A DNA stretch of 64,000 bases from an uncultured archaeon. GTDB lineage: Archaea; Asgardarchaeota; Thorarchaeia; Thorarchaeales; Thorarchaeaceae. Under the pieces are notes generated by a model, which was not told the origin of the DNA, ran no database searches, and worked only from the letters and a program-made list of their open reading frames with translations. The stretch lies in assembly GCA_964558645.1 (NCBI GenBank), contig CAZLEV010000001.1, positions 29,568-93,567 of the forward strand, read 5' to 3'. The position numbers and the translations under genes are program-made. Shown piece by piece: positions 47,236-56,318 of this stretch; within the stretch, counting starts at the first letter, position 1, and every line of letters begins with the position of its first letter.

Positions 47236-48657
47236 CTAGGTGATTCCATGCTGATCGCCTCTTATTCGTCTTCTGAGATTGAGTCTGATCTCATCCATCT
47301 TGGATGCCACCCTGCTTTTCTCCGTCCAGAAGCCCTCTATCTCCTCGAAACCGTGCACGTCCCAGTAGAGTGGGCATCCTCCGAAGCAATAGCTGAAGTA
47401 TTCACAAGCCTTGCAACCCTCAGGAGCATAGTCCTTTGCTCTCCAGAATCTGGAAGCCCGATTATACCATACCTTCTCGAACCCGTCGTGAAGAAGGTCT
47501 CCGACCGGTTCGCTGAAGCTGGAGCATGGGAGGAGTCTTCCCTCTGCATCGACTGAGAGAAGACCATCACAACACGCGCAACTCTTTGCTCCCAATCCGT
47601 GAGCAATGGGGTTGAAGACGCAAACAGGTGTGGGAGCATACCAGACGAACTGAACTCCTTTCTTGCTGGCCCTCTTCTTCACTTTTCGCACAATGTCTCC
47701 AATCTCCGTGTACTTGATTTGGAGTTCATCTCTCAGCTTCGCCGCTGTCCCAGTATAGATTACCATATTCATGCTGAAATAGGTCAGGCCCAGCTCATCA
47801 GCGTGGAAGTCTACTAGCTTTTCAAGATTGTCTACATTAGGTCTGCAGATTGTTGTGTTGCAGTGAGTGTAGATGTCGGTTTTCCGAAGGTTCTTGATAC
47901 CCTCTACCGTCTGTTCAAAGGCGCCCGGGATTCCAACGATGTAGTCGTGAGTCTCTGCGTCAGCGCCTTCTATGGATACTTGTGAGCTGTTCAGCCCTGC
48001 CTCAACGAGTCCTGCAACGAACGATTTGTCAGCACAGCGCCGGCCATTCGTTATCAGATTGACACGGAGCCCCTTTCCTCTTCCGTGCTTGATCAGCTCG
48101 AACAGGTCGTTTCTGAGTGTGGGCTCTCCGCCTGTGAAAGAGAGCGATGGAACATGAGCATCATCAGCTATGATGTCTATGACACGTTTGACATCCTCGG
48201 TTGTCATCTCGCCCGATTCTCGGAATGGGGAATATGCATAACAGAACCTGCACTTGTTATTGCAGCGGTAAGTCACGGCTATCTCGCTGAGTACCGGATA
48301 CTTGATTTCGCCAGTTCCGAACGGAACAATCTTTGCTGTACGATAAGTGTAGACATTTTGGTTTCCGCTTACCATATTCTGTAAATCGTCCACAAATGCT
48401 GCCAGGTCATTGAGAACCTGCTGTTTGTCAGCGCCATGATTCTCTGTAAAATAGTTCACAACGCTCTCCGGACCCTCTCCTTCAAGGAGCATCTTGAGCA
48501 TGAGCATCCCTGTCCTGTTCAGATGCATGACCTTGTTGGGCCTCAAGATTAGGAGATTGTCTTCGGGGCGAGAGAAGAAGTAGTCTCTCACCTCTTCCAT
48601 GAATCTTGGTATCCATTTCAGGTCCTCAAGTGTGTACTGGTACTCTGAAACAGGCAT
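47236..48657 (-). CDS. Radical SAM/SPASM maturase with N-terminal PqqD-like RiPP recognition element (RRE)
   Basis: N-terminal LNRTG..ML..L.....V..........QV..DL..FV..L (PqqD-like); CNNKCRFC; FTGGEP; SPASM motif CACC..G..LPC...CKAC....CFGGCP. Confidence 0.9.
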   Translation of the reverse strand: MPVSEYQYTLEDLKWIPRFMEEVRDYFFSRPEDNLLILRPNKVMHLNRTGMLMLKMLLEGEGPESVVNYFTENHGADKQQVLNDLAAFVDDLQNMVSGNQNVYTYRTAKIVPFGTGEIKYPVLSEIAVTYRCNNKCRFCYAYSPFRESGEMTTEDVKRVIDIIADDAHVPSLSFTGGEPTLRNDLFELIKHGRGKGLRVNLITNGRRCADKSFVAGLVEAGLNSSQVSIEGADAETHDYIVGIPGAFEQTVEGIKNLRKTDIYTHCNTTICRPNVDNLEKLVDFHADELGLTYFSMNMVIYTGTAAKLRDELQIKYTEIGDIVRKVKKRASKKGVQFVWYAPTPVCVFNPIAHGLGAKSCACCDGLLSVDAEGRLLPCSSFSEPVGDLLHDGFEKVWYNRASRFWRAKDYAPEGCKACEYFSYCFGGCPLYWDVHGFEEIEGFWTEKSRVASKMDEIRLNLRRRIRGDQHGIT

Positions 48658-48779
48658 CTTGAGCCAGTGATTGATTATGGTGACTTAAGCCTTGGTATCG
48701 TGACTACGGATAGCAAGGACCTGAAACGCTTATCTTTGCTTACGTCAGTTAGAAGACAACGCTTAGGAGAGAGTCAACA

Positions 48780-49175
48780 ATGACCACCGGTGAAATTAAA
48801 CTCCCATATGGTACGATAACTGACAAGAAACTCGAGATGCACTTCAATGCATATGATATCGATTTGCCCGTGATAGCCTCCGGAATTCGTGAGAGGATGG
48901 ATGTTCTCCGAGAACTCGATGTGGCATTTGCAGGATTTGGGACCGAGGTTCCTCAGAACGTTACTCAGCAGAATCCTGCAATCATCAAGGCCTTCTTTGA
49001 ATTCACAGGCACCGCGGGTGATGCGCAAGTCATAATGAAGCGAGTCTATCACATTGTCTGGTGTGGCATGATACAGGAGTTCCCAGATTTGATTGATTGG
49101 GCTCAGGCCAAAGCAGACTTGTCGAATCTGACCTACGCTCAGGCAGAGATCATGAGGGCAAGAAGGAGCGAGTAG
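48780..49175 (+). CDS. Hypothetical 131-aa protein, divergent from the rSAM gene
   Basis: ORF preceded by AGGAGAG; no recognisable motif. Confidence 0.7.
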   Translation: MTTGEIKLPYGTITDKKLEMHFNAYDIDLPVIASGIRERMDVLRELDVAFAGFGTEVPQNVTQQNPAIIKAFFEFTGTAGDAQVIMKRVYHIVWCGMIQEFPDLIDWAQAKADLSNLTYAQAEIMRARRSE

Positions 49176-49306
49176 TGGGGCCGAGACTTCCGATGCCTGA
49201 AATAGAGGTTTCCGGTCTTCTACTCGGACTGCTTCATTGTCACTCAGCACAGGATGAAGGAATTCTTCGGAAGATAGCACAAGAGGTCAATTAGAGCAGA
49301 GAGTAC

Positions 49307-51481
49307 ATGGGAGAGAAACGAATGAAGAGAAGATACGTCGCAGGTCTACTCAGTCTGTTCATAGTCGGGATGATTGCATCCTCCAATACGGCTAGTGGTT
49401 CAGCAGAACTTGCAGCAGATCCGACAATCAACAGCGTCTATGTTGATGTTGTCGTCCTACAGAACGGCAGAATCAATGTGACTTATTTCATCACTTTTAC
49501 CGCAGCGAGTGGTGGGCTTGGTGGATTCGACCTATTCGGGATCCAAGAGAGCAGTGTATATGACTCAAACCGTGCCTATGTAGAATGGGGTGGCTCAAGA
49601 TACTCCCTTATCGTGGATAAGGTTTCTCAAGGCTACAAACTGGATTGGGTGCCCCGTACTCCTGAAGGTGAACAGGTCCTGGTAGTCTTTGGATACTTCA
49701 GCACGAACAGGATAATCGAACAGACCACAGGAGAGTACACTGTTGAAGGGTCCTCGGAACCCGTCACGGGTGACTTCGGTGTTCTCAACTGGGCGCCTGT
49801 GCAGTGGAGTATCGATGTGCTGTATGAGAATGTACGTCTGGTTTATCCGATTGAGATGGATGAGGCGTGGATAGAGTCTGGGGGTGGGATTACTTCCGAA
49901 GGTGCACTATATGCCGGATACGTGGAGGACTACCGACAGGGCATCCTCTCCTCGGGTGAGACCCTTCGGGATTACGATGAGAACAACCTTCTCGCATATC
50001 CTTCAGCCCCAGATACAACTCCCCGCAACTTCAGTGTTAGTCTGGCAGCTGACCCCGCATACGCATATGACAAGTTGCAGGTATTTCAGTACACGAACTG
50101 GTCGTTCTATGCCGACCATGTAGAACCAGGGGCTCTTGGTGTTGTAGGTGATACCTACGTTAACGTGGATGCTGATACCAATTTCGAGTATGAGTTAGTT
50201 GTTTTCAATTTCGGTGATAGCACATTGTCCAATGTAGAAGTCACTCTAGGACTACCTGACAATTTGACTCTGATCTATGGAGCGCTCGAAACATACATTG
50301 GGAATCTTGCGGGTGGCCAGAGCGAATACCTAACCTATACGTTTAGGGCTGATAACATTCCTGACGTACTAACAGTCATCTTTCTTGTGACAGGAGAGAA
50401 CAGTGAGGGTTCTGTGGATGGGACCTTTACAGTCGACGTTTACGTAAGGGAGTACATCCCGCCCCTGATACCACCGGATCTCCTCATAATTGGTATATCA
50501 GGGATTATGGCGCTCGGCATCCTCTATTACGTCTATAAGAAAGTCACATATTCGTACGGGGCCAAGTGGACTGCAGATGAGACCACTTATAGCTATGAGA
50601 GCCCTGAGATTGCAGTTGAGACCTATGGAACCCCTGGGACGGTTGCAGAGCTAGACCCCGTCGAGTCCGCTTTCTTTGTCAACACGAGCAGACAGAAACT
50701 TGTCACGATGATACTCATGTCCTGCGTCAAGAAGGGGGCCGTCCGGGTGATTTCTTCTGAGCCATTGAAGCTCTCGGTGACCGGCGTCAAGTTCGAGGAA
50801 TTGACCTACTACGAGGAGCTATTCCTCAAGGCTATCAAGGACAATGAGTTAGATCCAGAGCTGGTCGATGAGATGATTGATCAACTTGGAGAACGCGTCC
50901 AGAAGAAGTCTTGGGATGCGGATTTCGAGGCAACCAAAAACCGTCATGAAGAGATGGTCGAAGGGGCCTGGGAAGAGCTCGAGGCCAGTCCCACAATCGA
51001 TGGCAGAACTGACTACTACTTCGATAGAAGGTATCATGATTCTTGGGCCTGGTACTGGTTGTATATGCATCCGCGGCATGACACAAGAATCGGTGGTGTC
51101 TTCAGGGATACTGGTGGCTCAATCTCTCCCCCTGATATTCCAGAGTGGTTCAGAGGCGTTGCTGATGCCACCGGGCATGCGATCAGTGGCGCGGGACGAG
51201 TAGTAGGTGATATAGCAACTACGACTGGCCAGATTATGTCAAATGTCACAAGCACTATCGGTGAGGTCATGAATGGCGTTGCTAGCATCATCAGCGAGCC
51301 GCTGAAACCAATCGTTGAGGGTACTAGTCGCTGCGTATCACATGACGCATGCCACTCGGCATGTGTGACTCATGATGCATGCCACTCGGCTTGTCACTCG
51401 GCATGCCACAGTGCTTGCGTGTGTCATAGTGCATGCCATTCTGCCTGCCATTCAGCGTGTGTCAGCGGAGGATTTCGCTAG
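49307..51481 (+). CDS. Single-pass membrane protein (DUF2207-like N and C regions plus an Ig-like insert) with a C-terminal Cys/His CHSA-repeat tail
   Basis: Signal peptide; VDVVVLQNGRINVTY..F; Ig-like FNFG...LSNV.V.L.LP; TM LLIIGISGIMALGILYYVYKK; LDPVESA...KKGAV; tail CVSHDACHSAC...CVSGGFR. Confidence 0.88.
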   Translation: MGEKRMKRRYVAGLLSLFIVGMIASSNTASGSAELAADPTINSVYVDVVVLQNGRINVTYFITFTAASGGLGGFDLFGIQESSVYDSNRAYVEWGGSRYSLIVDKVSQGYKLDWVPRTPEGEQVLVVFGYFSTNRIIEQTTGEYTVEGSSEPVTGDFGVLNWAPVQWSIDVLYENVRLVYPIEMDEAWIESGGGITSEGALYAGYVEDYRQGILSSGETLRDYDENNLLAYPSAPDTTPRNFSVSLAADPAYAYDKLQVFQYTNWSFYADHVEPGALGVVGDTYVNVDADTNFEYELVVFNFGDSTLSNVEVTLGLPDNLTLIYGALETYIGNLAGGQSEYLTYTFRADNIPDVLTVIFLVTGENSEGSVDGTFTVDVYVREYIPPLIPPDLLIIGISGIMALGILYYVYKKVTYSYGAKWTADETTYSYESPEIAVETYGTPGTVAELDPVESAFFVNTSRQKLVTMILMSCVKKGAVRVISSEPLKLSVTGVKFEELTYYEELFLKAIKDNELDPELVDEMIDQLGERVQKKSWDADFEATKNRHEEMVEGAWEELEASPTIDGRTDYYFDRRYHDSWAWYWLYMHPRHDTRIGGVFRDTGGSISPPDIPEWFRGVADATGHAISGAGRVVGDIATTTGQIMSNVTSTIGEVMNGVASIISEPLKPIVEGTSRCVSHDACHSACVTHDACHSACHSACHSACVCHSACHSACHSACVSGGFR
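51332..51478 (+). repeat. Coding Cys/His tetrapeptide repeat, (CHSA)x7 plus 2x CV[ST]HDA
   Basis: 49 aa with 11 Cys and 9 His. The repeat units use varied synonymous codons. Confidence 0.95.
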
Positions 51482-52237
51482 ATGCCCCAGTCAATCATGA
51501 CAATCTTCCATATGAGTGATGTGCACATTGGCGAACAGGGGGTCAAGATTGATGACTTTCTGAGAATCTTGGATGGTGTGGAGAAGAAGTCGAAGGCCAG
51601 GACCGAGCCCCTTCTACTGATCACTGGCGACCTGACCTCTGAGGGTCTCAGGGAGGAGTATGAAGCATTCCATGAGGCTGTTGATGGTGTCGACGTTCCC
51701 ATGATCATTGTGCCGGGGAACCACGACGAGCGGAACTACGGGACAGCTCACTTCGAGGAGCTCTTTGGCGAGCGGTTCACTCGCCATGAAACAGAAGATG
51801 TTGCATTGTTCGCCATTGATAGCTCCGAACCTGATAACGATGCAGGTCACGTTGGCAGGGCGTACTATATGCAGATACGCGACTTCTTCGGTCTAGCGAA
51901 GGGGAAGATCAAGATTCTTGCTCTGCACCATCATCTTCTGCCTGTTCCGCACACCGGTCGAGAACACAACGTGGTGGAGGACGCAGGCGATGTGCTTGGG
52001 ACTCTTCAGGTATCAAAGTGCTCTCTGGTCCTCAACGGTCATCGACATGTGCCGTGGATGTGGCGTCTCAATGAGATGGTTCATTACACTACTGGAACTC
52101 TTCTCTCTCGGAGAATCCGAGGTGCAACCACTCAAGTCTACACACGGATAGACCTAACGAGAAACGATGCCACGTTCAATCTGGTTCAAATAGATGGAGC
52201 TGAGCGTGTTCTGGGGCGAAGCGAGCTCGTTGTCTAG
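51482..52237 (+). CDS. Calcineurin-like metallophosphoesterase (CpdA-like)
   Basis: SDVH, TGDLT, PGNHD, HHH and GHRH motifs. ATG directly follows the upstream TAG. Confidence 0.92.
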   Translation: MPQSIMTIFHMSDVHIGEQGVKIDDFLRILDGVEKKSKARTEPLLLITGDLTSEGLREEYEAFHEAVDGVDVPMIIVPGNHDERNYGTAHFEELFGERFTRHETEDVALFAIDSSEPDNDAGHVGRAYYMQIRDFFGLAKGKIKILALHHHLLPVPHTGREHNVVEDAGDVLGTLQVSKCSLVLNGHRHVPWMWRLNEMVHYTTGTLLSRRIRGATTQVYTRIDLTRNDATFNLVQIDGAERVLGRSELVV

Positions 52238-52273
52238 CCAAGCGAGATTGAATTATATTGTCGCCTGACCTAG

Positions 52274-53257
52274 ATGAAATCTAATATATCTGGAGAACGA
52301 CGCCTCATGATTGTCGAAGTCCTCATCATGTCAACCTACTACGGCATCAAACTCAGACTTGAGTACTTGCCACAGGTTGTGGATTGGGACACCATTCGGC
52401 AGGTTGGAAAGAGAACGCACACAATGGACCCGGTCATGGAACATGGCCCGAGTGAGATTCGGGTATACTATGCCAAGCAGATGGGTTCTGACGGATTATG
52501 GAGGCACTTCGGCATAGCACGGAGAAGGCCCTTTGTTGTAATGGTAGTTGGTGATGAATCGGAAGGCCGAAGCTCCGTCACAGACAAAGCACTATCCGTG
52601 TGTAGCGAAGTGGTCAGTGCTACCGATGGCAAGGCACTCAAATCCATTTCCTCAAGTCGACGGAAGCTACTTGCCCGCAGGATAAACGACCAAACCATCG
52701 ACTATGTGAGGCTTGTCATGTTTGGGGAGGCCGGGTCCGGCAAGAGCTCGCTGTTCTCTATGCTCACCTCGGGAGATATCACTGTTGAATATCGCCCATC
52801 AGTGAGGGCAGTTGCTGCCCCCAATGCAGGCCAGCTTCAAGCGATTCTCGAGAAAAACAAGCCCTATGAGTTGGATGAGTGGTACATGGTTGCGAACAAG
52901 TTGCTGACTCTCTATGACCTTCCAGGATCCACTCACTACAGGAAGCTGTGGACTTCTTATCTTAAGAGAGCCGATGTGGGAATCATTGTCCTGAAGAGCG
53001 ATAAGACTGGAGTGGCCCGTGCAAAAGGGGTCCTTGAATCACAATCTGGAAGCCTTCCAAAGCATGTCATTGCAGTTGCGAACTACCAGGATTTGGAGGA
53101 TGCTGTGCCGCCACTGACAATAGAACGATTCTTGGGCGTTACTACCTACGGCATGGTGGGTACCGATCTAGACCGCATCGAGCAGTTCCGTGACATTGTG
53201 AAGACGGCGTCAGTCTATCAAGTCGACTCTTCTTCTTCAGTGCTTCGCTCTTATTGA
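52274..53257 (+). CDS. Ras/Arf-like small GTPase with a ~130-140-aa N-terminal extension
   Basis: G1 GEAGSGKS, G3 YDLPG, R.LW..YL, G4-like ANYQD. The start may be at 52307 or 52328. Confidence 0.8.
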   Translation: MKSNISGERRLMIVEVLIMSTYYGIKLRLEYLPQVVDWDTIRQVGKRTHTMDPVMEHGPSEIRVYYAKQMGSDGLWRHFGIARRRPFVVMVVGDESEGRSSVTDKALSVCSEVVSATDGKALKSISSSRRKLLARRINDQTIDYVRLVMFGEAGSGKSSLFSMLTSGDITVEYRPSVRAVAAPNAGQLQAILEKNKPYELDEWYMVANKLLTLYDLPGSTHYRKLWTSYLKRADVGIIVLKSDKTGVARAKGVLESQSGSLPKHVIAVANYQDLEDAVPPLTIERFLGVTTYGMVGTDLDRIEQFRDIVKTASVYQVDSSSSVLRSY

Positions 53258-53604
53258 AAGACCCACACAACTTCAACTGAACTGACATCCGACAGGGTTC
53301 CTATCGAACTGACAACACCTCTGACAACAACAATCGAATCAAGCGGTGGAGAGCTTCCAGCCCACTCGAAGATGATGAAGTTGTCTCCACTGATAGATCT
53401 GACCGTATGGAGATTCCCGGCTCTGAAGACCAGTCGCCCCTTGATTGTCACAGATGTTCCGTTGTCTACGTTGCCTGCATTGATCTCGGCGATACTGGTG
53501 ACACCGATCAATCCATCGTGCCAAGCGACAACACCTACTGCTACGATGATGATGAGGAACACCATTCCAATGGCTTTCTTATTCGATTTCTTCTTCCTTG
53601 GCAT
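53251..53604 (-). CDS. Small membrane-anchored OB-fold-like protein
   Basis: Basic N-terminus plus TM, then SI.EI.....G..V.I.G...V.V.G. Confidence 0.6.
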   Translation of the reverse strand: MPRKKKSNKKAIGMVFLIIIVAVGVVAWHDGLIGVTSIAEINAGNVDNGTSVTIKGRLVFRAGNLHTVRSISGDNFIIFEWAGSSPPLDSIVVVRGVVSSIGTLSDVSSVEVVWVFQ

Positions 53605-53725
53605 GCGAAATCACTCTTGTCTTCGAGGTACGGCCCGTTATCTTTCTTTCTGGGCATCGGGTGTTTTGCCAAGAGCCTTCCTTCACACCAGCAGACTCTA
53701 AACATCTTGACATGCTATCATATCG

Positions 53726-54952
53726 GTGGCTATGAACGAGGCTGAAGAGTTTGTCAGGGTCTGTGGGAAAGTGGGGAACTACTCAAAGCGAATCACCGGT
53801 AATAGCATTGTCGACGCATATTTCGGCCCCCAAGAACTGGCACCTGCCTTACAAGATGAGCGTCAGTCCCCTGATGAATTGCTACATGAACTGGGTATTC
53901 TCTTGGATGAATGCAGAAATCGGCTGGCTCCCGAGCTGCGTCGTGAGTACATGCTAGGCGAGATACAATCTATGCAGGTGTTGGTCAGCTGGCTTGCAGG
54001 TAAGAAGATGTCTTACGCGGCCTTGGTGAAAGGACTCTTTGGCATTCAAATGACAGGCTTCTCGGATTCGGATCTCGTTGATGCTACTGGCGTACTACAG
54101 GACCATCTTGCAAAATACCCGGGAAACGACCTCAAGGAGAAGGTGCGACAGTTCACAGAGAAGAGTCAGGTCAGAGGAGAAGAACTCAGGAGTCTTATCA
54201 TGGGCGAGCTACAAGAGAAGACTCGGGAAGTGGGGGAGATGTTCAAGACTCAAGTATTCTCGCAGATTGGAGAAATGGTTTCTGATAATGGAGTCAAATA
54301 CGAAACAACTCAGAATGAGCCTTGGACTGGATACAATTATTATCAGGGCGACTATCGCTCTATCAATTGCTTCAACGTTGATCGTGCATTCATTAGAGAT
54401 AGATTGCTCGGTGTTGTTTACCATGAGTATGAGCACCACGTATCCAATCTCTGGCGCGAGAAGGCATACAAGGAAAGAAATTGGACCGAGTTGAGTATTG
54501 TTCCACTTCACACTGGAAGGTGTGTCATCTCCGAGGGCACAGCTGATACTGCCAGAGATTTCCTAGGGATCAGAGTAGACAGTCCTGGTAAGAAGGCTGT
54601 CGATGTTTTATATGCGCTCAGACGGATGGTCAATATCAATGCAGCAATAATGCTCAATCAAGAACAGCGGTCATTCGATGAAGTGATTGAGTTCGTTCAA
54701 GAAAGAGGACTTTTCTCTCGGGAGACTGCAGAGAAATCACTAAGATTTGTCAAGCGCAAGAGAAACGATGGTCGACCAAACCTGTGGGCGCCGTACGTAT
54801 TCAACTACTCCATAGGCCGAACTCGGTTTGTTTTGCCAGCATTTGAGAGGGCAAGAGCAGAAGGGGAGCTTACAAGATTTTTCCAGACAGTATACCTGAA
54901 TCCTTTCGCGCTGTCAAGCAGAACCTGGCCTGGGGCGTTTGACTGGCTCTGA
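53726..54952 (+). CDS. Zincin-like metallopeptidase (DUF885-like)
   Basis: YHEYEHH (HExxH), downstream ISEGTA, and YVFNYSIG. Confidence 0.65.
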   Translation: MAMNEAEEFVRVCGKVGNYSKRITGNSIVDAYFGPQELAPALQDERQSPDELLHELGILLDECRNRLAPELRREYMLGEIQSMQVLVSWLAGKKMSYAALVKGLFGIQMTGFSDSDLVDATGVLQDHLAKYPGNDLKEKVRQFTEKSQVRGEELRSLIMGELQEKTREVGEMFKTQVFSQIGEMVSDNGVKYETTQNEPWTGYNYYQGDYRSINCFNVDRAFIRDRLLGVVYHEYEHHVSNLWREKAYKERNWTELSIVPLHTGRCVISEGTADTARDFLGIRVDSPGKKAVDVLYALRRMVNINAAIMLNQEQRSFDEVIEFVQERGLFSRETAEKSLRFVKRKRNDGRPNLWAPYVFNYSIGRTRFVLPAFERARAEGELTRFFQTVYLNPFALSSRTWPGAFDWL

Positions 54953-55113
54953 CAGATGCACCCCTCATCTCTACTGGATTGCCCCTACTTCATTGATAAG
55001 AGAAGTGGTTCTTTGTTCATTCGTCGAGGTCGCCACAGATCACCTTCTCTATATCAGGTGCAAAGACTGAAATCCTTAACAAGGAGCATCTCTCTGTCTT
55101 CACAAGACTTTCA

Positions 55114-56124
55114 TTAGAGATGAATCTCTCCATCTTTCATTATTGTCCTAGAGCGGCCGTCTGCGTAGCCTATCGTCACAGTTGGCTTGTCAACTAGAAA
55201 GTCCTGATGGGTTGCTGAATTATTGCTAACCGTCCCCGGATAATCCATGTTGTTACCGAACGCCACATGGATAGTTTTCCCCACTTTCTCCGATTCTAGG
55301 AATTCCTCAACGATTCTGGCCTTGGGATTAAGCCCGATTGCGAACTCGCCGACATGTTTTGCCATCTTGTCTGTGGCTTGTGTTTCTTCGACAGCTCCTA
55401 GTGCCTTCTTGTCGTCAGATTCCAATTCCTGAACACACCCCTTCTCTACTTCAACACGTATCGGGCTTGTCAGGGGTCCGACTCCACCCACTGCAAGGTC
55501 GCAGACCAGCACGCCATCCATAGAGGTCTCAACCGGGCCAACCAGTACCTCGCCTGTAGGCAGATTCATCCATTTCATCGTTTTCCAGTTGATTGCGGTA
55601 TCGGTGAACCATGTTCTTCCTTTCACACTGAGTGTGAAGTCTGTGCCAGCTGGTGCTGCGACATGGACTGATTCAACATCTTGAAGCAGCGTCAGGAGGT
55701 TTCTTGCCTTCTCCTGCATCTCCGCGTTCTCTTCTCTTGTCAAGGCAAGGGCTCCTTGGGTGAGCATGTCCATTGTGATACCCGGACAGTGCCCTACTCG
55801 CGAATTGCCCTTTCTGGTCTCCAGTTTGATGATCTTGATTCTGAAGGGAGTTTCTTCGGCTGGTCCTCGTAGCAGATTAACGAAGATGTCTGGCTGCGGC
55901 TGGACATTGATCATCTCCATCAAGTGCAGGGGAACATCTCTCCTGACTCCCTCGTCTGTCTCAAGAACAAGTAACCTTGTCCAGAGGTTCAAGTCTAAGG
56001 CTCCGTTGGCAAACGCATCTCCAATCTCTCTTCTGACGTCATCGCATACAATCAGAATCGATTCTCCCCGTCTTGCTTCCAAAACAGACTCTAGCGCATT
56101 GGCTGCAGCTCTTGTTGCATCCAT
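55114..56124 (-). CDS. M29-family (thermophilic) aminopeptidase
   Basis: NLPTGEV, VGEFAIGLNP, ESEK..TIHVAFG and HQD motifs. Likely ATG at 56124. Confidence 0.88.
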   Translation of the reverse strand: MDATRAAANALESVLEARRGESILIVCDDVRREIGDAFANGALDLNLWTRLLVLETDEGVRRDVPLHLMEMINVQPQPDIFVNLLRGPAEETPFRIKIIKLETRKGNSRVGHCPGITMDMLTQGALALTREENAEMQEKARNLLTLLQDVESVHVAAPAGTDFTLSVKGRTWFTDTAINWKTMKWMNLPTGEVLVGPVETSMDGVLVCDLAVGGVGPLTSPIRVEVEKGCVQELESDDKKALGAVEETQATDKMAKHVGEFAIGLNPKARIVEEFLESEKVGKTIHVAFGNNMDYPGTVSNNSATHQDFLVDKPTVTIGYADGRSRTIMKDGEIHL

Positions 56125-56318
56125 CAGGTACACCGCGGAATGCAGCTGCAGACTTCCTTTAGGCTGTTATGGCTGGAAATAATGCTTCCATCTAAGGACC
56201 ACCAAGAAGCAGACTGCTCCAGCGCATCTCATTTCCTCATCCATCCAGCAGCACATTCCACTATCTCAGGCTGAAGAAAAGGATACGGGATGGCTGGAGG
56301 CCACCCCCTGAATGTCTA

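Noticed and set aside
51332-51478. CHSA tail as multiheme cytochrome c motifs (CX3CH)
   Set aside because: The motifs overlap, there is no canonical CxxCH, the tail is predicted cytoplasmic, and no cytochrome c maturation genes are nearby.
51332-51478. CHSA repeats as a CRISPR array or DNA minisatellite
   Set aside because: The 12-bp units are in frame, lack spacers, and diverge only at synonymous sites.
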